Positions 17,477 through 25,279 of a stretch of DNA of 32,000 nt are shown piece by piece. The position numbers were made by a program, and so were the translations under genes. The stretch comes from Kiritimatiellia bacterium (lineage in GTDB: Bacteria > Verrucomicrobiota > Kiritimatiellia > RFP12 > UBA3636): assembly GCA_050942875.1 (NCBI GenBank), contig JBMNOD010000006.1, positions 28,609 to 60,608 of the forward strand. The letters are read 5' to 3'. Under the pieces are notes generated by a model. It was given only the letters and a program-made list of their open reading frames with translations. It did no database searches and was not told the DNA's origin. The number at the start of each line of letters is the position of its first letter. The first letter of the stretch is position 1.

Positions 17477-17520
17477 GCTAAAAGGTCATTCCCGAGGTCT
17501 GGGGCAGGCCGCTTCGCGGC

Positions 17521-17562
17521 AGCGGCTAGCGGCTAGCCCCTAGCGACTAGCGACTAGCGACT
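17521..17562. repeat. heptamer tandem array (agcggct x2, agcccct, agcgact x3)
   Basis: Six 7-nt units are present. CTAG sits at every unit junction (TAG at 17527, 17534, 17541, 17548 and 17555). Confidence 0.9.
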
Positions 17563-17703
17563 CAATCGGGCAGGCGGCGGGGCGGGTTCGAGGCTGGACG
17601 ACAAGCGTTCCGAAGCAACCCCGTCGACTGACCGATTACGATTACAATCAATGAACGGCAAGCAACGGATCTGCCGCCCATCGAGGAATCAACCGGCTCG
17701 TCC

Positions 17704-17745
17704 GCCCCTGCACCCTCGCCTCCGGCGCCGCTCGATTCACCAACA
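17704..17745. repeat. 42-bp direct repeat, copy 1
   Basis: The sequence gcccctgcaccctcgcctccggcgccgctcgattcaccaaca is identical to 18496-18537. Confidence 0.95.
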
Positions 17746-17846
17746 GACGGCGAACGACGCCTTTCACCGCTTCAGGCTATTTTTGAAGCGGCGTCAGCTT
17801 CTTTTGAAGCCTGGACAAAGCACACCGGGGCTGTCCCCAAAAATGC

Positions 17847-18137
17847 TTAACGAAGGTGTTCCCTAATCCACCGTGGATCCCGACGACAATCAAGAACCGC
17901 TCGCACACGGACAATGCCGTCATCGACTCGATAATAGACTGCAAACGGGAACCGTCTGGAGAGCAACCGATGATATCCGTGGCAGATGGCATGAATCCCG
18001 CCATAAAGACGGAGAGAATTGATGTCGGACCAAAGCGTATCCAAGAAGTAGTCTCCTAGACCCTCGGCTTGCCGTTCATAGAAACGGTAGCCCTCCGCAA
18101 GATCCGAAGTGGCTTCCTCAAGGATTTGGACTTTCAT
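17847..18137 (-). CDS. parE: ParE/RelE-family type II toxin, 96 aa
   Basis: The sequence MKVQILEEATSDLAEGYRFYERQAEGLGDYF...HRLLSRRFPFAVYYRVDDGIVRVRAVLDCRRDP fits the ParE pattern. I chose the internal ATG at 18137, which overlaps the end of the antitoxin gene by 20 nt. The ORF-track start at 18266 is unlikely. Confidence 0.85.
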   Translation of the reverse strand: MKVQILEEATSDLAEGYRFYERQAEGLGDYFLDTLWSDINSLRLYGGIHAICHGYHRLLSRRFPFAVYYRVDDGIVRVRAVLDCRRDPRWIREHLR

Positions 18138-18360
18138 TTCCGCTTGCAATCTGCTCGCGCACCGCCCGTTTGGCTTCTTCGACTTCGAGGAACCTCGCCG
18201 TGCCGTCCGCGACACGCTGCTCACGGACGCGCAAGACGTCGCCATGCCAGGCAGGCGCAGGAACATCCGCAGGATTGCGAACCAGATCGGCCCAGATTTC
18301 CTCGATCATCTGGAGCTTTTCCGTCACGGACATCTTCTGTAGTGGAATGGCTAATTGCAT
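18118..18360 (-). CDS. putative addiction-module antitoxin (TIGR02574-like), 80 aa
   Basis: The sequence MSVTEKLQMIEEIWADL...PAPAWHGDVL..R...EEAK fits this small antitoxin family. A GGGGA RBS lies before ATG 18360. The gene overlaps parE. Confidence 0.75.
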   Translation of the reverse strand: MQLAIPLQKMSVTEKLQMIEEIWADLVRNPADVPAPAWHGDVLRVREQRVADGTARFLEVEEAKRAVREQIASGNESPNP

Positions 18361-18495
18361 CTTGTCCCCTTTCTGCCCAACAAGATATCACATCAGCCCA
18401 TTGAGGGCAAGCAACCCTTCGCGCTCCCCCCAAAAAACCATGCAATCCCGCCAGCAGACAAAAAAGCCGCATTGCCAAGAAGGGTGCAAGGGACT

Positions 18496-18537
18496 GCCCC
18501 TGCACCCTCGCCTCCGGCGCCGCTCGATTCACCAACA
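18496..18537. repeat. 42-bp direct repeat, copy 2
   Basis: It is identical to 17704-17745. It is followed by aaaaaattggggacagaccccttccgcccg. Confidence 0.95.
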
Positions 18538-18618
18538 AAAAAATTGGGGACAGACCCCTTCCGCCCGGAGGTGAGGGGCGAAGGAACGACGCGCCTCAGA
18601 CTGCGGTACGGAGCGACG

Positions 18619-19065
18619 CTAGTTTGCAGGCGCTTGTTCGGACTTCCTTAGTCCATTCCAGATTTGATCAACTTCCGGCGAGTCCGCGATTCGCGGCCAA
18701 CCTTGCGTGCGCACAATGTTCTTGCGAAGCCCCAAGGCGGCCAAGTTCGCCTCCACATCGGACAGATTGCCCTGTGCAGATGATAGCGTCTTCATGTCCA
18801 CCACGAAGTAAAATGGGTGCGTGCGATTGTCGTCCCCGCCGTGTCTGCATCTGCCCGATGCCGCTCGTGCGATGTGGGTGATCTCGGTTGCGTACGAGAA
18901 GATGATCGCTTCACCGGTGTCGATTCCGCCATCGGCGATTCGTCCCTGTGTGAGCAGAAACTGTCCCGGCGGATTCCTGTTTGGCAGCTTCACCTCGAAA
19001 TAGGTGTCTACGCTAGCTCGATCGGGAAAGTCGATGTCCTTGGAACTCAGTTTGATTATCCTCAT
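18619..19065 (-). CDS. hypothetical protein, 148 aa, downstream partner of the SEFIR/TIR gene
   Basis: ATG 19065 is preceded by AGGAGAAAGAACC, a good RBS. The protein begins MRIIKLSSKDIDFPDRASVDTYFEVKL... and I recognise no motif. The ORF-track start at 19167 would overlap the upstream gene and adds a non-protein-like extension. Confidence 0.6.
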   Translation of the reverse strand: MRIIKLSSKDIDFPDRASVDTYFEVKLPNRNPPGQFLLTQGRIADGGIDTGEAIIFSYATEITHIARAASGRCRHGGDDNRTHPFYFVVDMKTLSSAQGNLSDVEANLAALGLRKNIVRTQGWPRIADSPEVDQIWNGLRKSEQAPAN

Positions 19066-19141
19066 GGTTCTTTCTCCTGTCCGAACGACTGCACTCACGG
19101 GCGGCGGTACGCCGTACCGTGGAGTGCTTTGTTGTGCCTCC

Positions 19142-20587
19142 TCATGGGAGCGAAGCCAGTTTGTCAACCCCCATCAGGCTGAATGGATTAAACGATTGAA
19201 ACTCCCACCTAGGAATTTGTAGTTTCTGTTCCTTGAAAGCTTCGGCGAGAGGCAGAAAATCGTCTTTGGATTCGATATCGAAGATCTGTTTCACATTCTC
19301 GAAATACTTAGATGATTGACTACGTGCGAAGATCTCAAAAGGGCCATACTGCCGACCAGAGTAAAGCAATGTAACCGGCAACCAGCCCTGCCGACGACCT
19401 GTGCGGAGGACATCCAGACAGTCTCTCACAAAGAGGGCTAGATCAGCTTGCATAATCTGCTGAAACAGCCCTGATGCTTTGGACCTCTGTTCAAGAAGGT
19501 CAGCGTGTAGGGAGAGCCTGCGGAGTTTAAGTCGCGTGTTTCTGTGGTCCAGCGACTGCAAAAATACGCTAAGTTTTGAGAACGGCACCATCGTGTCCCG
19601 ACCACGCTTTGAGTTCTGGTCAACGTAGTAGTGCTGGCGCACAAGATGGGCGACTCCATCAAAGCGCTCTGCACGTAGAAGTACAGCAACAAGATATAGA
19701 AACAGTTCGTGGACAATGAACTTGAGATTGTCGAAGTCCCAGTCTTGCCAACTGGTGACACCATCTGGCCGATCGAAGTAAGGGAAGAGTGACTCTATGA
19801 AATAGTGCAAGGACTCCCAAGACGCTACCGTAGGGCGGTATCTCGCAATAGCAAGGAATAGTTCAATGGCTTCGTTTCGGTATGGCAGGAACTCATCAAT
19901 GCTGCGGACAACCTTCTCGTCGAACTCCTCATTGTCCTTTTCTATACGAAACCGCTCAAGATTCTCGGCAACCACCTCCACATATTCGCGGAGTGCGCCA
20001 TCGCAGTAGGGTTTGTTTTCTCGTACAGCCTGCAACGCTCGCCGGAACTGGGCTGTCGCTTGAAGCGATATCGGCGCGTCGTCAGAAAGAAACGCCGGGG
20101 CACTACCAAGCTCGGGCTTTACATGGAGAGGCTTGTCGTATATCCAGCGGAGAAGTTGCTCGAAATTCCTTGCGTACAGGTCTGGATCACTGAGGTCGAT
20201 ATAGACACGGGATTTGTAGTAAGCGGGGAGGAATGGTTCTCCCTTAGTGTCCCGTTGCGGCAACACGGCGACGAACTTGGTTTGATCCTGCTTCGCATAG
20301 ATCTCGCCAGAAAGGATTTGCGCTTCTGTGCCAACGCCACCACTTCGGCCGTCCGCCTTTTCGGCGTAGACTTGATCACAAATCATGGCCACCTTCTTGA
20401 TCTCTGGATCTGTGACCATCTTTTCCATGAACGCGTGCGCATCATGGCCTTCCTTCAGATCCCATTTGTCTAAAATGACATCAACTCCATTCTCCCGGAG
20501 TTGGGTGGCCAACGACAGCACCCACTCCTCATGTGAGGATGAGGTCCAGCTGTATGAAATAAACAGCTTCGGTGGGTTTACTGTCAT
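19142..20587 (-). CDS. SEFIR/TIR-domain protein with an unassigned helical C-terminal domain, 481 aa
   Basis: The N-terminus reads KLFISYSWTSSSHEEWVLSLATQLRENGVDVILDKWDLKEGHDAHAFMEKMV..KVAMICDQVYAEKADGRSGGVGTEAQIL, the bacterial SEFIR/TIR_2 pattern. About 310 further residues are helical. Local GC is low. Confidence 0.8.
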   Translation of the reverse strand: MTVNPPKLFISYSWTSSSHEEWVLSLATQLRENGVDVILDKWDLKEGHDAHAFMEKMVTDPEIKKVAMICDQVYAEKADGRSGGVGTEAQILSGEIYAKQDQTKFVAVLPQRDTKGEPFLPAYYKSRVYIDLSDPDLYARNFEQLLRWIYDKPLHVKPELGSAPAFLSDDAPISLQATAQFRRALQAVRENKPYCDGALREYVEVVAENLERFRIEKDNEEFDEKVVRSIDEFLPYRNEAIELFLAIARYRPTVASWESLHYFIESLFPYFDRPDGVTSWQDWDFDNLKFIVHELFLYLVAVLLRAERFDGVAHLVRQHYYVDQNSKRGRDTMVPFSKLSVFLQSLDHRNTRLKLRRLSLHADLLEQRSKASGLFQQIMQADLALFVRDCLDVLRTGRRQGWLPVTLLYSGRQYGPFEIFARSQSSKYFENVKQIFDIESKDDFLPLAEAFKEQKLQIPRWEFQSFNPFSLMGVDKLASLP

Positions 20588-20728
20588 CTTGTCATCTCCT
20601 TTCTGTCATTCCGGGCAAAACAGTGTTATTGAGCCTACCTCGCGAAGGCGGGTAGTTCCCATTAACTACTAAATGATGTTCGTTCTGACGGCTACGGTCA
20701 AGCGCACATTACATTGCTCGGCAACCCC

Positions 20729-21052
20729 TTAATCTTTGGTCTTGCCTTTAAGGCAGGCTTTATGCAAACTGTTGAAGTAGTCTTTGTGAGGGTTTATGGT
20801 TTTAAAGACGGGCCCCTTTTTTGCATTTTCGATCGTTTGCTTGAGCATTCTCCCATACGATGCCGGGTAATGCCTTTTGTAAAACGCAAGGTTCGAGGCC
20901 CGGATGCGCTGATACCAGAAACGATCGTCGTCAACTGGACGCCCTCGGGTCACGCAAACATAGCATTCCGTTTCCGAACAAGAGAATTTTTCAAGCCACG
21001 CTCGAAATTCTTGCCGAGACGTTACGTCCAACTTGTTTTTATGTTCCATCAT
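20729..21052 (-). pseudogene. internally deleted copy of the YdeI/OmpD-associated family gene
   Basis: It shares the first 47 residues (counted from MMEHKNK) with the 21361-21939 gene. It then jumps from ...RFWY directly to QRIRASNLAFY..., which is an in-frame loss of 96 codons. The C-terminus has diverged. Confidence 0.7.
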
Positions 21053-21274
21053 GTCCTTTCCCTCGAATCCGCAGGAAGGATATCCCATGCGAAACGCCCG
21101 AGTCAACCGGAACCATAAAAAAATTGGGGGACAGACCCCTTCCGCCCGTGTCGAACTCAGCGGCTAGCGGCTAGAGCGACTTGAGAAATAATATCGCCGC
21201 ACGATTTGAACTAGGATTCGGCGTTTTGGAGCTGGAGGATAGAATATGGACACGGATTTTCTTAAACCGCTCTA
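20813..21274. repeat. tandem segmental duplication, unit A (deleted version)
   Basis: It aligns with 21412-22161 apart from the 288-bp deletion. It includes the shared upstream block caaccggaaccataaaaaaattgggggacagaccccttccgcccgtgtcgaactcagcggctagcggctagagcgac... Confidence 0.9.
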
Positions 21275-21360
21275 TGAAGGGAGTTTTAGATTTGTGATTT
21301 GTGATTTGCCGCGAGGCAGCTTTGTCGCAAACTTTGTCGGACCATGGGGGTTGAACAGAA

Positions 21361-21939
21361 TCAGGGAACTTCCAGCAATCTCCCATAATCATTCCAGTTG
21401 CCGCACGTTTTCCCCTTTTTTGCATTCTCGATCGTTTGCTTGAGCATTCTCCCATACGATGCCGGGTAATGCTTTTTGTAAAACGCAAGGTTCGATGCCC
21501 GGATTCGCTGATACAGGGGGTGGAAGGATTTGAAAGCCGACCAAACCCGGGCGTTTTTCAAGGCGGCCTCGACCTCCTTGTCGATTGTGAAAGCACCGGG
21601 CTCCATCGCAGGCAAAACGGCGCGCCCGGCATCGGTCATCAACCCCAGTTTTTCGAGTCTTCGCACGCGCACTTTATTCAATTCAGTCCAATTGCCGTTC
21701 TTGCGCCTGGGGGAAAACCGCTGCATCTTTTTCCCATCGATCATTCTGATGGTGCTGTCAATCCATCCAAAACACAGCGCTTCTTCGACGGCATCCAAAT
21801 ACCAGAAACGATCGTCGTCAACTGGACGCCCTCGGGTCACGCAAACATAGCATTCCGTTTCCGAACAAGAGAATTTTTCAAGCCACGCTCGAAATTCTTG
21901 CCGAGACGTTACGTCCAACTTGTTTTTATGTTCCATCAT
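21361..21939 (-). CDS. YdeI/OmpD-associated family protein (DUF1801-like), 192 aa
   Basis: The sequence ...FRAWLEKFSCSETECYVCV..GRP.....FWYLDAVEEALCFGWIDSTIRMIDGKKMQRFSPRRKNGNWTELNKVRVRRLEKLGLMTDAG fits the YdeI family pattern. I chose ATG 21939, which follows GAGGGAAAGGA, over the track start at 21993. Confidence 0.8.
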   Translation of the reverse strand: MMEHKNKLDVTSRQEFRAWLEKFSCSETECYVCVTRGRPVDDDRFWYLDAVEEALCFGWIDSTIRMIDGKKMQRFSPRRKNGNWTELNKVRVRRLEKLGLMTDAGRAVLPAMEPGAFTIDKEVEAALKNARVWSAFKSFHPLYQRIRASNLAFYKKHYPASYGRMLKQTIENAKKGKTCGNWNDYGRLLEVP

Positions 21940-22161
21940 GTCCTTTCCCTCGAATCCGCAGGAAGGATATCCCATGCGAAACGCCCGAGTCAACCGGAAC
22001 CATAAAAAAATTGGGGGACAGACCCCTTCCGCCCGTGTCGAACTCAGCGGCTAGCGGCTAGAGCGACTTGAGAAATAGTATAGCCGCACAATTTGAATTA
22101 GGATTCGGCGTTTTGGAGCTGGAGGATAGAATGTGGACACGTATTTTCTTAAACCGCTCTA
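21412..22161. repeat. tandem segmental duplication, unit B (full version)
   Basis: See 20813-21274. The period is about 887 bp. Confidence 0.9.
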
Positions 22162-22396
22162 GAGGTTAGATCAGCCGGATCAGACCGATCATTGATTTTG
22201 CGCAGCCCAGTGGACGCGGCGTCCTCGCCGCGTGGCAAAGTACCAACCCGGCTACGACGGGTTGCCCACTCGCCCTGGAAGGGCGCTCCGAGGCAGGGGC
22301 GACGCCGTCCTCGGCGGGCTCCAGCGTTCCGGCTCTTCGTTCGCCCATTGTGAACCGTGTCGTTGGGGACCGCGGTCTCCGCGGGCAATGGACATA

Positions 22397-22453
22397 GGGG
22401 CACGGGTTTTCCAACCCGTGAACGACCACGGACAGGAATGTCCGTGCCCCTGG
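22397..22453. repeat. third copy of the nested multi-hairpin core element
   Basis: The sequence ggggcacgggttttccaacccgtgaacgaccacggacaggaatgtccgtgcccctgg matches 8239-8295 and 9078-9135. The flanking modules are in a different order and orientation. Confidence 0.9.
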
Positions 22454-22528
22454 TTCCCAACCGCACCGCGCCGAAGCGCGGGCGAAGGGCGGCTCGCCGG
22501 GACGGCGCCACCCCACCCTGCCACCACC

Positions 22529-22556
22529 ATAATCTTGAAAAAAAATTCAAGATTAT
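22529..22556. repeat. AT-rich hairpin of the CCATAATCT family
   Basis: The sequence is ataatcttgaa-aaaaaa-ttcaagattat, preceded by ccaccat and followed by ggaaat. Confidence 0.85.
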
Positions 22557-22730
22557 GGAAATCCAGCAAAGCCCTGAAGGAGCATCCCCAATATCGTACG
22601 GGCGGGGCTTTGCCCCCGCCCCGGGGCTTCGTCCCCGCCCCCAGGGGCAAGCGAAGCGCCGCCCCGGGCTGCCGAAAGCAAGACGGCGCGGCCTGAAGGG
22701 GCGCTTCAAGCCGCCGTCAGGGAACTGCCG

Positions 22731-23117
22731 CTAAAAACGTTGCGGATCAGGCACGGCCTTTGGGCTGTCGCCTGCAGGAGCTTGTCGGGGACGCTTCCTT
22801 TCGATCGCCTCCCTGAGTTCGGCAAGCTCGTCCTTCCCGTGCCGGATGTCGTTCCGATCTCGCAGGACATCGACCTCTGCCGCGCTCTGGAGCAACAGGT
22901 CGATGACGTCGCCACGCGTGTTTTCATCTACACCCTCGATTCTCTCCGCGATGGCCACCTGCTTTTCGCGCATGCTGACTTGCTGCCGCCAGAGGTCGGC
23001 GCGGAGGTTGCGAAGCTCGGAGTTCTGAAAGCAAAACTGCCGCCACAGCCACCACAGGCAGACAAGCAACCCGACCGTGATGCACCATGAGACTGCCATT
23101 GCGATGTTCTTCTTCAT
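22731..23117 (-). CDS. hypothetical membrane-anchored coiled-coil protein, 128 aa
   Basis: ATG 23117 follows GGGGGAGTGAGAAG. The sequence MKKNIAMAVSWCITVGLLVCLWWLW is a TM helix, followed by a charged helical region. Confidence 0.6.
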   Translation of the reverse strand: MKKNIAMAVSWCITVGLLVCLWWLWRQFCFQNSELRNLRADLWRQQVSMREKQVAIAERIEGVDENTRGDVIDLLLQSAAEVDVLRDRNDIRHGKDELAELREAIERKRPRQAPAGDSPKAVPDPQRF

Positions 23118-23420
23118 CTTCTCACTCCCCCGTTTCATAATCGGCAACACCCCAAGTGCGAAAGGAGTCTACATCCATCCGGCCGAGGTTGTCAACAAAG
23201 GGATTTTGGGGATCACGGCGCCAGCGTCAGCACCCTGCCACGCGCCAAAGGCGAACGGGGCGAAACGCAGCGGGGACGCCACATCCACCGGACTTCGCGC
23301 ACAAGGTTCGTAATGGTGCCGCAAGGCGCTGTGGCGCATGAAGTTCCATGGAGTGGCGAACACCCCGCCGAGAACCTGTCTGCCAACAGGCAGGCGGCGG
23401 TCTCCAGCGGTCTCCGCGAC

Positions 23421-23469
23421 CAAGTTTCAAGTTTCAAGTTTCCAACTTCAAATTTCAAGTTCCAAGTTT
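23421..23469. repeat. heptamer tandem array (CAAGTTT-type, 7 units)
   Basis: The units are caagttt x3, ccaactt, caaattt, caagttc and caagttt. The array ends 26 nt before the ATG of the solute-binding protein gene. Confidence 0.9.
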
Positions 23470-23495
23470 CTGCGTCAACGTGTATACTCTGGCGC

Positions 23496-25247
23496 ATGTT
23501 CTGGATGAAGGCAGTTTTAGGGTTGTTTTGCGGGCTGGCGACGTCGGCGGCGGTTGCCGCGGATGCCGCCGGGGAGCGGTCGTACCCGGAAAGCGGCTGG
23601 AAGCCGGCGCCGAGCCGGCACGCCTCGCCGCGCGCGGCAAGGGGCGGGCGGATTGTCGTCGCCGCGGGGAGCGTGCCGAGGAGCCTGAATCCGCTGCTCG
23701 ACAACAACGTCTTCAGCTCACGCGTCTTCGGGTTCATGTACGAGTCGTTGCTGGGCATGGACGACGACACGGGCGAGTACGCGCCGGGGCTCGCCTCGCA
23801 GTGGACGGTCTCGGGGGACGGGCGGGTCTTCACCTTCACGATCGACCCGGAGGCGCGGTGGAGCGACGGGCGGCCCGTCACGGCGGAGGACGTCAAGTGG
23901 ACGTTCGACGCGATTCTGGATCCCGCCAATCTCACGGGGCCGTACAAGGTGGCGTTGCAGACGTTCGCGGCGACGCCGCCGGAGGTGCTGGCGCCGGACC
24001 GCATCCGGTTCACGGCGGGGGAGGAGCATTGGCGCAACCTCGGAGCCGTCGGCGGCTTCCCCGTCCTGCCTTCGCACCGTTTCGCCGGGCGGGACTTCAA
24101 CACGCTGAACTTCGAGTTCCCGGTCGTCTCGGGGCCGTACCGGCTGGGGACGATGAAGGAAAACGTGTCGTTGCAGATGGTGCGTCGCGACGACTGGTGG
24201 GCGGACGCGAAGCCGTGGAACTGGCATTTGCTCAACTTCGAGGTGATCGAGTTCCGCTTCTTTTCGGATCCCGAAAATGCGTGGGACGCGTTTCGGAAGG
24301 GGCTTTTCGACTACTACCCCGTCTATACGGCGCGGATCTGGGTGCAGGAGACGCACGGGGAGCGTTTCGACCGCAACTGGATCGTGAAGCGCGCGGTTCG
24401 CAACCAGGCGCCGGTCGGCTTCCAGGGCTTCGCGATGAATTTGCGGCGCAAGCCCTACGACGACGCGCGGGTGCGCCAGGCGCTGGCGCATCTGCTGGAT
24501 CGCGAGACGCTGAACGCCACGATGATGCATGGGCAGTACTTCCTCCATCGTTCGTACTTCGAGGATCTCTACGACGCGGAGCATCCGTGCCCGAACCCGT
24601 TCTTTGAATTCAACCCCGACAAGGCGCGGGCGTTGCTGGTCGAGGCCGGGTGGGCGCCGGACCCCGCCACCGGGCTGCTCGTCAAGGACGGCCGGCCGCT
24701 CGTCGTGAAGTTCCTTTCCAACGGCGGGACGGCGGAGAAGTTCCTGGCGCGGTACAAAACGGACCTTGCCGCCGTCGGCATCGGCCTGGAGATGGAGCGC
24801 AAGGACTGGGCGGCCTGGGCGCGCGACATGGACGCCTTCAATTTCGACATGACGTGGGCCGCGTGGTCCGCGGGCTTGCGCAAGGATCCCGAGGGCATGT
24901 GGTCTTCCGCCCAGGCCGCGGCCGAGGGCGGCAACAACATCACGGGCTTCGCGGATTCGCGGGTGGACGCGCTCGTCGAACGGCAGAAGACGATCTTCTC
25001 GCTGGCGGAGCGCAACGACATTTGCCGGAAGATCGACGGCATCGTCACCGAGGCGGTGCCGTACATCCTGCTCTGGAACACGGACGCCAAGCGGATGCTC
25101 TGGTGGAACAAGTTCGGCGTGCCGGAGGGCGTGCTCTCGAAATACGGCAGCGCGGACGACGCGCTCGTCTATTGGTGGTACGATGCCGACGCGGCGGAGG
25201 CGCTCAAGGACGCCATGGCGCGCGGGCTTTCCCTGCCCGAACCCTGA
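23496..25247 (+). CDS. ABC transporter substrate-binding protein, family 5 (peptide/opine/nickel type)
   Basis: I chose ATG 23496 because MFWMKAVLGLFCGLATSAAVAA is a signal peptide. The track start at 23313 reads through the repeats. The body is typical of SBP_bac_5 (...LNPLLDNNVFSSRVFGFMYESLLGMDDDTGEY.PGLA..W..S.DG..). Confidence 0.85.
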   Translation: MFWMKAVLGLFCGLATSAAVAADAAGERSYPESGWKPAPSRHASPRAARGGRIVVAAGSVPRSLNPLLDNNVFSSRVFGFMYESLLGMDDDTGEYAPGLASQWTVSGDGRVFTFTIDPEARWSDGRPVTAEDVKWTFDAILDPANLTGPYKVALQTFAATPPEVLAPDRIRFTAGEEHWRNLGAVGGFPVLPSHRFAGRDFNTLNFEFPVVSGPYRLGTMKENVSLQMVRRDDWWADAKPWNWHLLNFEVIEFRFFSDPENAWDAFRKGLFDYYPVYTARIWVQETHGERFDRNWIVKRAVRNQAPVGFQGFAMNLRRKPYDDARVRQALAHLLDRETLNATMMHGQYFLHRSYFEDLYDAEHPCPNPFFEFNPDKARALLVEAGWAPDPATGLLVKDGRPLVVKFLSNGGTAEKFLARYKTDLAAVGIGLEMERKDWAAWARDMDAFNFDMTWAAWSAGLRKDPEGMWSSAQAAAEGGNNITGFADSRVDALVERQKTIFSLAERNDICRKIDGIVTEAVPYILLWNTDAKRMLWWNKFGVPEGVLSKYGSADDALVYWWYDADAAEALKDAMARGLSLPEP

Positions 25248-25279
25248 ACTTCCCAACCTCGGATTGAGAGGGCGATGAA

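Noticed and set aside
17221-17481. An 86-aa ORF and the minus-strand ORF 17211-17447 over the three-way-junction element.
   Set aside because: Both are generated by the inverted-repeat structure itself. They have no RBS and no recognisable protein features.
17767-17791. Hairpin CCGCTTCA-ggctatttt-TGAAGCGG as a terminator for the ParE operon.
   Set aside because: The stem is only 8 bp and no U-tract follows on the minus-strand transcript. That is not enough to call a terminator.
19066-19167. A longer 182-aa version of the SEFIR partner ORF starting at 19167.
   Set aside because: It would overlap the SEFIR gene by 26 nt. The extra 34 residues look non-protein-like. The internal ATG at 19065 has a good AGGAGA RBS.
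17190-22730. Classical integron cassette array, with attC sites between co-oriented cassettes.
   Set aside because: There is no intI integrase or attI in the window. The boundary repeats do not show the RYYYAAC / GTTRRRY core sites of attC. I keep only the weaker description of cassette-like organisation.
23313-23495. A 61-aa N-terminal extension of the solute-binding protein (ORF-track start at 23313).
   Set aside because: The extension translates the heptamer array (FKFPTSNFKFQV) and other repeats. ATG 23496 gives a textbook signal peptide.
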